Positions 56,909 to 64,000 of a stretch of DNA of 64,000 bases are shown one piece after another. A program made the position numbers and the translations under genes. Within the stretch, counting starts at the first letter, position 1. Every line of letters begins with the position of its first letter. The stretch is from NCBI GenBank assembly GCA_045615365.1, contig JAZLEQ010000018.1, positions 106,384 to 170,383 of the forward strand, written 5' to 3'. The notes below the pieces were generated by a model. The model had not been told where the DNA came from, did not search any database, and saw nothing but the letters and a program-made list of their open reading frames with translations. Source of the DNA: Alphaproteobacteria bacterium (GTDB taxonomy: Bacteria; Pseudomonadota; Alphaproteobacteria; RF32; CAG-239).

Positions 56909-58009
56909 ATGAAAAAGGTTTTATTAAGTATAATGATGGCTTTTAGCTTAACCGCCTGTGGGGAAAAAGCCGAAACTCCGAAAGAAAACGAAAAGCCGGT
57001 GGTGAAAATCGGTGCAACCTTGCCTTTAAGCGGTGGATTTGCCGAAACCGGTGTTTTGAGCCAACAGGCAATGCAAATGGCATTGGATAAATGGAAAGCA
57101 AAAGACACTAAATATGATTATCAGTTGTTTGTAGAAGATGATGTTTCAGAGCTTAAAAAAGCTGTTTTGAATGCTCAAAATTTTATCAATACTAAAAAAG
57201 TACAAGCTATTATGACAATGTTTGGTATTGTTGATAGACCGGTTGATGAAATTGCCAACAACAACAAGGTTATCAGTTTGTCTTGTTCTTATGGCAAAAC
57301 AGATGTTTTAGAATATGCGGCCAATAATTGTGTGCAAAATCATCGCGTTGCTGAAACATTACTTCCAAAATTAAAAAAAGAAAATATTAAAAAAGTAGCT
57401 TTAATTATGGCAAATACGGCTGTTAATCGTGTTGTCGGTGATTATTTTGCCGAAAGATTGCCTCAAGAAGGTTTTGAAGTTGTGGCTTATGAAAAGTATA
57501 ATATGGATACTCGCGATATGAGAATGTCGATTTTAGCCATGGAAGAAAAACAACCGGATTATTATCTTACTTTTGCAACACCCCCTCTAACAGATATTTT
57601 TGTAAAACAGCTTCAAGAAACCGTCGGTAAAAGAAATGTAGCTTCTTTTGGCTCATTTCCTGAGATGGATCCGGCGTTGTTTCCGTTGGTTGAAAATTTG
57701 TGGACAATTTATTCGGTTGCCGGAACAGATGAATTTGCAAAAGAATTTGAAAATAAAACCGGCAGTGTGTTAAAAAGTTGTAATGCCAATTCTTATGATA
57801 ATATGGATATGTTGATTTGGGCTTTTGAAAATACTCCGGTAAAAGAGGGAAAAGTTTTGCCTGATACGGCTGATGTCGCCGCTAAGTTGAAGAGTATAAA
57901 AAATTGGCAAGGTGCTACGGGAAATGTATCTTTTGAAAATGGCGTAATCAGTCCTAAAGCAGAATTGAGAATGTATCAAAACGGAAAATGGGTTAAGATT
58001 GAGGAATAA
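56909..58009 (+). CDS. ABC transporter substrate-binding lipoprotein, Liv family, paralog 2
   Basis: MKKVLLSIMMAFSLTACGEKAETPKENEKPVVKIGATLPLSGGFAETG…; RBS aaaggaagg. The track ORF 56795.. is an upstream extension. Confidence 0.75.
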   Translation: MKKVLLSIMMAFSLTACGEKAETPKENEKPVVKIGATLPLSGGFAETGVLSQQAMQMALDKWKAKDTKYDYQLFVEDDVSELKKAVLNAQNFINTKKVQAIMTMFGIVDRPVDEIANNNKVISLSCSYGKTDVLEYAANNCVQNHRVAETLLPKLKKENIKKVALIMANTAVNRVVGDYFAERLPQEGFEVVAYEKYNMDTRDMRMSILAMEEKQPDYYLTFATPPLTDIFVKQLQETVGKRNVASFGSFPEMDPALFPLVENLWTIYSVAGTDEFAKEFENKTGSVLKSCNANSYDNMDMLIWAFENTPVKEGKVLPDTADVAAKLKSIKNWQGATGNVSFENGVISPKAELRMYQNGKWVKIEE

Positions 58010-58013
58010 AAAT

Positions 58014-59117
58014 ATGAAAAAAGTTTTACTTAGTTTGTTAATGGCGACATCTTTGGTTGCTTGTGGAGAAAAAACAGAAGCTCCAAAGGATAATGGTAAA
58101 CCGACAATCAAAATTGGAGCAACCTTGCCTTTGAGTGGCGATTTGGCATATATTGGTGTTGGTGCTAAAAATGCTTTGAATATGGTTATGGAGAAATGGC
58201 AACAAAAAGATACCAAGTACAATTATCAGATTGTTTATGAAGACGATATGGTTAAGCCCAAGCAAGCTGTTTTAAATACTAATAAGTTTATAAATGTTGA
58301 TAAAGCAAATGTTGTTATTTCGGTGTTTGGTGTAGTTGACAGACCAGTTGATGAGATTGCTAACAAAAATAAAGTTATCAGCCTTTCTTGCTCTTATGGC
58401 AAAAATGATGTACCAGCATATGGATTCAACACCTCACCGCAAAATGAAGAGATTTATGTCGCATTACTTAAAGAACTCAAAAAGAGAAATGTTAAAACGG
58501 TGGCTTTGTTAGGAAGCAATGCTGCTGTGAGTAATGTTTTGTTGGGTTATACCGCAGAACACTTACCAAAAGAAGGAATTGAAGTTGTTTTTAATGAAAG
58601 ATATAATTTAGGCGAAACAGATTTTCGCTTGTCTATTCAAAAAATGGAACAAAAAGCTCCGGATTATTATGTTTTGTTCGGAGTTGAGCCGATGAACAGT
58701 ATTTTTGTACGCCAATATTATGAATTGACTGGTAAAAAGAATGTTACTTCAATGGGAACTTTTCCTAACATTAGTACAAAAGTTTTTCCGGCAATAAATG
58801 GTATATGGTCAGTATATGTGGTTGGTAACAGTGACGATTTTGAAAAGGCATATTTTGAAAAACATCAAGATCGAGTAGAAGCATGCTCTGCCAACTTATA
58901 TGATGGTTTGGATATGATTATCAATGCTTTTGAGAACACATCTCCGAAAGAAAATGAAACCATAGCTAACAATGCCGATGTCTTACAAATGATTAGGTCC
59001 CCTAAGGTTTGGGACGGCGTTTCAGGAAAAATGAAGATTGAGCCTAACGGATGCGTGCGCATGGACGTTCCTGTTCGAGAATACCAAAACGGAGAATGGG
59101 TTAAGATTGAGGAGTAA
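58014..59117 (+). CDS. ABC transporter substrate-binding lipoprotein, Liv family, paralog 3
   Basis: MKKVLLSLLMATSLVACGEKTEAPKDNGKPTIKIGATLPLSGDLAYIG…; RBS gaggaa. N-terminal ~25 codons nearly identical at the DNA level to paralog 1. Confidence 0.75.
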   Translation: MKKVLLSLLMATSLVACGEKTEAPKDNGKPTIKIGATLPLSGDLAYIGVGAKNALNMVMEKWQQKDTKYNYQIVYEDDMVKPKQAVLNTNKFINVDKANVVISVFGVVDRPVDEIANKNKVISLSCSYGKNDVPAYGFNTSPQNEEIYVALLKELKKRNVKTVALLGSNAAVSNVLLGYTAEHLPKEGIEVVFNERYNLGETDFRLSIQKMEQKAPDYYVLFGVEPMNSIFVRQYYELTGKKNVTSMGTFPNISTKVFPAINGIWSVYVVGNSDDFEKAYFEKHQDRVEACSANLYDGLDMIINAFENTSPKENETIANNADVLQMIRSPKVWDGVSGKMKIEPNGCVRMDVPVREYQNGEWVKIEE

Positions 59118-59149
59118 AAATATGAAAAAGGTTTTGTTGAGGAGTAAAA

Positions 59150-59848
59150 ATGCTCGAGCTTAAAAATGTTAATGCCGGATATGGCAAAAAAATGGTGTTG
59201 AGTAACGTTTCGGTTAAGCTTAATGATAACACTATTACCGTTGTTATGGGACCAAACGGTGCGGGCAAATCAACATTGTTAAAAACAGCTTATGGTTTGA
59301 TAAAAACATCATCAGGCGATATTTTGCTTGATGTCAAAAAAATCACTCCAACCCCGCAAAAATTGGTTGAACTTGGAGTTTTTATGGTGCCGCAAGGAAA
59401 ACGTGTTTTTCGCAATATGACCGTTATGGAAAATCTTGAGCTTGCATCTCATTTTTGGAAAGACAGATCTATATTTCCTCAGCGATTGGACGAGGTTTTA
59501 GCTCATTTTCCCGATTTGAAAGAACGATTAGATGATTTGGCAGGAAATCTCTCAGGCGGACAGCAGCAAATGGTCGCTTTGGTTCGCGGACTTATCAATA
59601 AACCCAAAATGGTGTTTATGGACGAGCCATCGATCGGTTTGTCACCTAAATTGATTAACGACACTTTCCATAAGATTAAAGAAATAAAAGACAATATGGG
59701 AACAGCTTTTGTTATTGTAGAGCACAACCTTAAAACTTTACTTCCTCTTACCGATTGGGCTTATATCTTAGATCAGGGAAAAGTGATTTATGACGGCAAA
59801 TCCGAGGGTAAAACCCTAGAAAAAATGGTCTCTGCTGTGTTTAAATAG
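59150..59848 (+). CDS. livF: ABC transporter ATP-binding protein, LivF-like
   Basis: 232 aa; Walker A GPNGAGKSTLLKTAYG, signature LSGGQQQMVALVRGL, Walker B VFMDEPSIGL. Confidence 0.8.
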   Translation: MLELKNVNAGYGKKMVLSNVSVKLNDNTITVVMGPNGAGKSTLLKTAYGLIKTSSGDILLDVKKITPTPQKLVELGVFMVPQGKRVFRNMTVMENLELASHFWKDRSIFPQRLDEVLAHFPDLKERLDDLAGNLSGGQQQMVALVRGLINKPKMVFMDEPSIGLSPKLINDTFHKIKEIKDNMGTAFVIVEHNLKTLLPLTDWAYILDQGKVIYDGKSEGKTLEKMVSAVFK

Positions 59849-59983
59849 TTAATATAAATCTCTTTTCATATGAGGGTAGCGGTCGAAAAAATCTTGTATT
59901 TGCAATGCGGTAGCATATAATTCCTCAATATTCATCTCTCTAAAAGGTTCGAAGAATGCTTCAATACTCGCACCATTAAAACA

Positions 59984-60010
59984 AAAATGCACCCTTGTGG
60001 TGCTTTTTTT
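59984..60010 (+). terminator. Intrinsic terminator (gcaccc ttg tggtgc + T7), preceded by an att-like caccattaaaacaaaaa copy
   Basis: Hairpin plus T-run. The preceding 17 nt (59971-59987) repeat the sequence that follows the tRNA 3' end duplicate at 60156-60175. Confidence 0.55.
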
Positions 60011-60021
60011 GTTTTAAATTG

Positions 60022-60161
60022 TTTCGCCAGAGGCCTCGAACTCACAAAGGGAGTTTGAAACTTCTCTTAACTTTGTGAGGTAAAACCGAAACAAAGTTTA
60101 GTTGTTCGCGCAAGTAGAAAGCGTCAGCTTTCGTAGCGGCGCAGTCTCTCTGTCGGCACCA
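60022..60161. repeat. Repeat copy B of the ~140-bp element; ends in an exact 25-nt duplicate of the tRNA-Thr 3' end plus flank (agtctctctgtcggcaccattaaaa), putative attR
   Basis: 60022-60064 matches 52790-52835 (tttcgccagaggccNcgaactcacNaagggagtttga). 60143-60167 is identical to 52734-52758, the tRNA T-stem 3' strand + acceptor 3' strand + CCA + ttaaaa. Confidence 0.6.
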
Positions 60162-60205
60162 TTAAAACAAAAAAAGGAGAGTTTTGAATACCCTCCCCTT
60201 TTTTA

Positions 60206-60919
60206 TCATAACCGATACGTTGCAGAATTTCCATACTCATCATAAAGATGAACTTTAGCAAACCCTTTTCCTGTTGTTATATCAATAAACGCATCCTTCG
60301 CATAAAACGAAAGCTTTTGATTTTGATATAAACTAAAATAATAATCTTTGCCCTTAAGTGAAACTTTAAGTTGCCCAAAATAGCGCTCAAAGACCATATC
60401 TCCGACACTAATACGAACAGGAGCCTCAAAATCACCCCAAAGATAATAACCGAGCATGGCATCAAAATACCTATCATCATAACGCATATGACGTATAAAT
60501 CTGTTGGTATATCCCCTCCATTTAATCCAAGTCCAACTGTCAAAAACACAGTCATAATGATGGTGGCGATAACTTTCATGATGTTTATACTCCGGTTTCC
60601 AACCTTTACGCTGTGGTTGAGGTGGTGGAGTTACGGAATATGGCTTCAACACATGATTCCTCTGTTGCACCCCAGGTCTGTAAGGCATTCCAACCGGCAT
60701 ATCCGAACGATAATTATCCTGTTTTGGCTTTCCCTTACGAGAATAATTTGGTCTAGATTTATCTCGTCGTGTCTGACTTTGAGATGAAGAATAACTCTTT
60801 TCCGAACGTGTTTTAGTATTATATCTTTGCATTTCACGTCCTCTTGCTTCTTGCGCGTAACCTTGAACTGCAAAAAGCACAATAGCCGACATAGCTATAA
60901 ATAAAAACTTTCCTTTCAT
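60206..60919 (-). CDS. Hypothetical secreted protein (237 aa), basic and low-complexity (S/Q/R/K/P/Y-rich) in its N-terminal half
   Basis: Signal peptide (…AVQGYAQEA); no recognisable domain. Confidence 0.45.
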   Translation of the reverse strand: MKGKFLFIAMSAIVLFAVQGYAQEARGREMQRYNTKTRSEKSYSSSQSQTRRDKSRPNYSRKGKPKQDNYRSDMPVGMPYRPGVQQRNHVLKPYSVTPPPQPQRKGWKPEYKHHESYRHHHYDCVFDSWTWIKWRGYTNRFIRHMRYDDRYFDAMLGYYLWGDFEAPVRISVGDMVFERYFGQLKVSLKGKDYYFSLYQNQKLSFYAKDAFIDITTGKGFAKVHLYDEYGNSATYRL

Positions 60920-61095
60920 ATATATACAAATAATAATTTTCTATTACTTGCAACACTATATCCTATTTTGATAAAAGTCGAACACTTTTTTGCAGCTGAA
61001 TTTGTTATATAAAAAAACACAATAAAAAACATTTGATTTTTGAAACAAATAGATTATCATCGCCCCAATTAATAAACTTATTAAACTTTATTATC

Positions 61096-61461
61096 ATGGA
61101 AAAAATAAAATTTATAAGCGCCAGATTAAAAGCTAAAATTTTAAACATTATCGGACACGATGTATTATCTTCACGCCTTGTTTTATTGGTAAAAGAATTG
61201 TATTATACCGACATCAATGGAAAAACCGGACAAGTTATCTTTGACGATTTCACCCACAAAGTTGTTTTTCGAGCAGACATGACAACTGAACCATCATTTC
61301 ACAGTAGCTTGTGGGACAATGGAGATATAATCAATGGAGATATCGTAGAAATTGCCATTGAAAATTACCAAGATCTTTATTTTTTCACATCTTTTAAGGT
61401 TGTAGAAAAAGAAAAGCGTTTCGAAGGTTTTAGCGGACTGGAAGAGCTGGCAATGCTTTAA
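61096..61461 (+). CDS. Hypothetical protein (121 aa from MEKIKF; a TTG at 61033 would add 21 aa)
   Basis: ORF followed by a bidirectional terminator at 61470-61502. Confidence 0.4.
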   Translation: MEKIKFISARLKAKILNIIGHDVLSSRLVLLVKELYYTDINGKTGQVIFDDFTHKVVFRADMTTEPSFHSSLWDNGDIINGDIVEIAIENYQDLYFFTSFKVVEKEKRFEGFSGLEELAML

Positions 61462-61469
61462 CAGACAAA

Positions 61470-61502
61470 AAAACAGAAGCCTTTTAAGACTTCTGTTTTT
61501 TG
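61470..61502. terminator. Bidirectional intrinsic terminator (aacagaag / cttctgtt + T-run)
   Basis: 8-bp hairpin with A-run before and T-run after; between convergent genes. Confidence 0.55.
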
Positions 61503-61504
61503 AG

Positions 61505-62602
61505 TTATTTTAGCATTTTCAACCATTTTTTTCTCGCCGTACAGCACAAACTTCCATGTTTAAGGAAGTATATTTCTCCAAGTTTTTTGCCGTTTTTTAA
61601 TTCAAGCATTTTCACTTGGGCTTTTGCACAAAGAGTATGTTTCTTAACATATTCTCTGATAAGCTTATCGGCATCCGAAAGTTCAAATAATTTAATTTGC
61701 ACTTTTTCGCAAAGCTCATATTCTTCGATATACCTCTTTAGAAACTTCGGATAGTCAAGCAATTTAAACTGACCAGACACATAAAGACTAAGCTTACCGA
61801 TACATACATCCAAAAGCTCTTCTGCATTTTCAAGCTCAAACATTTTAAGTTCTGCTTCAGAACAAAAAGAGCCGAACTCAACATATGCTTTAAGAATTTC
61901 CTTTGCATTCGGCAGATCAAGCATTTTTAATTGCGCCTCTGCACAAAGAGCATACTTTTGAGAATATATTTCAAGAATTTCCTTTGCATTCGGCAGATCA
62001 AGCATTTTTAATTGGGCTGCTTTGCTCAAAGAATCATGCTCAACATACAATTTAAGAATTTCCTCAACATTCGGAAAATCAAGAAATTTCAGCTCTACTT
62101 CTTCACAACAACTCTCATATTGGACATAGATTTCTATAAATTCACTTGCTTTAGGATGCTCCATCATTTTCAATTCCGTTTCATCAAAAAGAGGATATGC
62201 ACGAAGATATACTTTAAGAATTTCCTTTGCATTCGGCAAATCAAACATTTTAAGTTCTGCTTCATTGCAAAGTTCATATCTTTCAACATACTTCTTAACC
62301 AACTTTTCGGCATTCGGAAGTTCAAATAACTTCAACTGAGCTTTATCACAAAGAATATAATCCAAAACATACTCTTTCAAAATTGTCTCAGGATCTGGCA
62401 GATCAAAAATCTTCAACTCAGCTGCGTCATAAAAACCTCTCCTCTTAACATACGCTTTTACAGCCTCTTCCGGATAAGGAAGTTCAAATAACTTCAACTG
62501 AGCCTCTTCGCAAAGGACATTACCCTTTTTAATAAACGATAATACACGTTCTTGTGCATCATCAGTGGCAAACATTTCTAATTGCCAAGTTACATCTTTC
62601 AT
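61505..62602 (-). CDS. Tandem-repeat protein: about nine ~36-aa repeats of consensus (A/E)(Q/E)LK(M/L)(F/L)(D/E)LPNA(K/E)E(I/L)LK.YV…(L/F)C.EA; ORFan family
   Basis: 365 aa. Repeat units such as AQLKLFELPNAEKLVKKYVERYELCNEAELKMFDLPNAKEILKVYLRAY… recur along the whole protein. The underlying DNA contains near-identical ~40-80-bp repeats. Confidence 0.6.
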   Translation of the reverse strand: MKDVTWQLEMFATDDAQERVLSFIKKGNVLCEEAQLKLFELPYPEEAVKAYVKRRGFYDAAELKIFDLPDPETILKEYVLDYILCDKAQLKLFELPNAEKLVKKYVERYELCNEAELKMFDLPNAKEILKVYLRAYPLFDETELKMMEHPKASEFIEIYVQYESCCEEVELKFLDFPNVEEILKLYVEHDSLSKAAQLKMLDLPNAKEILEIYSQKYALCAEAQLKMLDLPNAKEILKAYVEFGSFCSEAELKMFELENAEELLDVCIGKLSLYVSGQFKLLDYPKFLKRYIEEYELCEKVQIKLFELSDADKLIREYVKKHTLCAKAQVKMLELKNGKKLGEIYFLKHGSLCCTARKKWLKMLK

Positions 62603-62615
62603 ACTTTTTTTATTT

Positions 62616-63044
62616 TTAATTATTTTTCAACATCTTCTGCCATTTTTCTTGCAGTTCTTCACAAAGGCGTTGTTTGCTTATATAAATAGCAACTAAAGAA
62701 CTTGCATCTAAATGTTCAAACAACTTAATTTGAGCACTTTTGCAAAGCAAATCTTTTTCCGCAAACACCCTAAGAAGATCTTTAACATTTACGCATTCCA
62801 TCATCTTTAATTGGGCATTACGACTTAGTGAATAATGTTGAAGATATTCCTTCAACAGATCAACAGCATTTGGAAGTTCAAGCATTTTTATTTGTGCTTC
62901 CGGACACAAAAAATTTCCTTTTTGAACATATTCAAACACAAACTTTTGTGCATTTTCAGATTCAAACAAGGCCATCTGCTCGTGAATTTTTGTATTTTTC
63001 ATATAATATAAATTTAAAAATTTGACAAAATTATAAAACTTCAC
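62616..63044 (-). CDS. Short paralog (142 aa, about three repeats) of the adjacent 36-aa tandem-repeat protein
   Basis: The N-terminus (…HEQMALFESENAQKFVFEYVQKGNFLCPEAQIKMLELPNAVDLLKEY…) parallels the N-terminus of 61505..62602. Both end …K(W)LKMLK. Confidence 0.55.
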   Translation of the reverse strand: MKFYNFVKFLNLYYMKNTKIHEQMALFESENAQKFVFEYVQKGNFLCPEAQIKMLELPNAVDLLKEYLQHYSLSRNAQLKMMECVNVKDLLRVFAEKDLLCKSAQIKLFEHLDASSLVAIYISKQRLCEELQEKWQKMLKNN

Positions 63045-63151
63045 AAAAATAATAATCTGTTTTTATTAAAAATCAAGTTTTTTTCAAAAAAATAGACAAA
63101 AAACATTTGAGTCTCTTCAACTTTAATTTGTTATTTTTCCCACAATAAATA

Positions 63152-63192
63152 AAACCCCTCACACATTTAACCATTGTGAGGGGATTTTTTTA
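63152..63192 (-). terminator. Intrinsic terminator after the CaCA antiporter gene (cccctcaca / tgtgagggg)
   Basis: 9-bp GC-rich hairpin flanked by A/T runs. Confidence 0.6.
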
Positions 63193-63207
63193 CCATTTTT
63201 TCAAAAC

Positions 63208-64000
63208 TTAAATCATCCAAATTCCCTTAGCAATCAAAACTTGTGAGGTAATATAAAATATATACAACCCCAAAAACAAAATGCCCTCACCTCTGCTTAT
63301 TGTATTTTGCGAAAGCATAATCGGTAATAACAAAAGCGTTGCTCCCAGCATTATCCATATATCATAAACCAAGAACTGGCGCGCTACCTCTACATCAACA
63401 AAAGCCGATGTGGCGCCCATAATAAACACAATATTCCAAATATTAGAACCTATTATATTACCTAAAGCCACGCCGCTTTGTTTTTTTATCGCAGCTACAA
63501 CGGTTGTTGCCAATTCCGAAAGCGAAGTTCCGAATGCCACAATCGTAAGCCCGATAATTTCATCAGAAACACCTAACATTTTGGCTATTACAACAGCTCC
63601 TTGCACCAACAAATCAGCACCGTAAATAATTGCCCCCAATCCGATTAAGGTAATGGCAACAACCCTAAACCACCCCTTATCAGCCAAAGCCGGCTGCGCC
63701 TCATTTTCAAGATTGGAATTTTGTGAGTTTTTGTAATTAAACCATAAAAATCCCACCAAAATCAAAAGCAAAATTGCACCATGCCACCAAACAAATTTTC
63801 CAAAAGCGGCAAAAACGCAAAACAACACTGTTACAAATAACAAAAACTTGTAATCGCGCAAAAATTCTTTTCTATTACAAACAACCGGACAAATAATTGC
63901 GGTTAACCCTAAAATAAGCAAAATATTTGCGATATTCGAGCCTACTATATTTCCGGTTGCAATACCTGCATTACCGCCTAAAGCAGCCTTTAAACTAACC
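63208..64000 (-). CDS. Ca2+/Na+ (cation) antiporter, CaCA / YrbG-like family, C-terminal part; N-terminus lies beyond the window end
   Basis: Second alpha-repeat motif …GNIIGSNIWNIVFIMG…; the reading frame stays open through 64000, and the sequence upstream of the track start encodes a second GNIxGSNI repeat. Confidence 0.75.
   Translation of the reverse strand, partial: VSLKAALGGNAGIATGNIVGSNIANILLILGLTAIICPVVCNRKEFLRDYKFLLFVTVLFCVFAAFGKFVWWHGAILLLILVGFLWFNYKNSQNSNLENEAQPALADKGWFRVVAITLIGLGAIIYGADLLVQGAVVIAKMLGVSDEIIGLTIVAFGTSLSELATTVVAAIKKQSGVALGNIIGSNIWNIVFIMGATSAFVDVEVARQFLVYDIWIMLGATLLLLPIMLSQNTISRGEGILFLGLYIFYITSQVLIAKGIWMI

Noticed and set aside
59849-60021. Short minus-strand reading frame (28-49 aa, …NGASIEAFFEPFREMNIEELYATALQIQDFFDRYPHMKRDLY) in the att-like region after livF
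   Set aside because: Too short, no RBS, and embedded in repeat/att remnants; might be a gene fragment, but this is not supportable.
1-64000. CRISPR arrays, IS elements, integrases, phage genes
   Set aside because: No regularly spaced direct repeats with unique spacers, and no transposase, integrase or phage structural gene recognisable in any frame. The only repeats are the tRNA-associated ~140-bp element copies and the intragenic repeats in 61505..62602.

Overview
AT-rich chromosomal segment that reads like a flagellated, endosymbiont-like alphaproteobacterium. The evidence is gene order flgF-flgG-flgA-flgH and alphaproteobacterial-type S21 and S6-S18-L9 genes. Composition, σ54 and Rickettsiales-like context are inferred by eye. 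About 70 coding genes are supported, mostly housekeeping: lolDE, an flgFGAH operon with a perfect σ54 promoter, ssb, uvrA, rpsU, aas, tetR, fadL, recJ, ackA-pta, ndk, rpsF-rpsR-rplI, comM, hslVU, hemW, recX, hslO, apaG, cdnL, glmM. There is one tRNA-Thr(UGU). No CRISPR array, transposase, IS element or integrase was seen. The most unusual locus is a 7.4-kb, compositionally distinct Liv-type ABC transporter cassette with three tandem substrate-binding lipoprotein paralogs. It lies directly downstream of tRNA-Thr and is bracketed by two copies of a ~140-bp repeat. The distal copy ends in an exact 25-nt duplicate of the tRNA 3' end, the signature of serial integration at a tRNA attachment site, but no integrase remains. 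Other loci worth a second look: a tandem pair of paralogous genes built from ~36-aa repeats with near-identical intragenic DNA repeats; a 575-aa cysteine-rich secreted protein; a lipoprotein whose C-terminal trypsin-like domain has lost the whole catalytic triad; a HydE-like radical-SAM gene with no hydF/hydG nearby; a TetR-Aas-FadL fatty-acid module sharing a palindromic operator; a structured palindromic RNA/repeat element between rpsU and a small XRE regulator; and several ORFan proteins. All calls come from reading the sequence and the six-frame translations; no database search was run.
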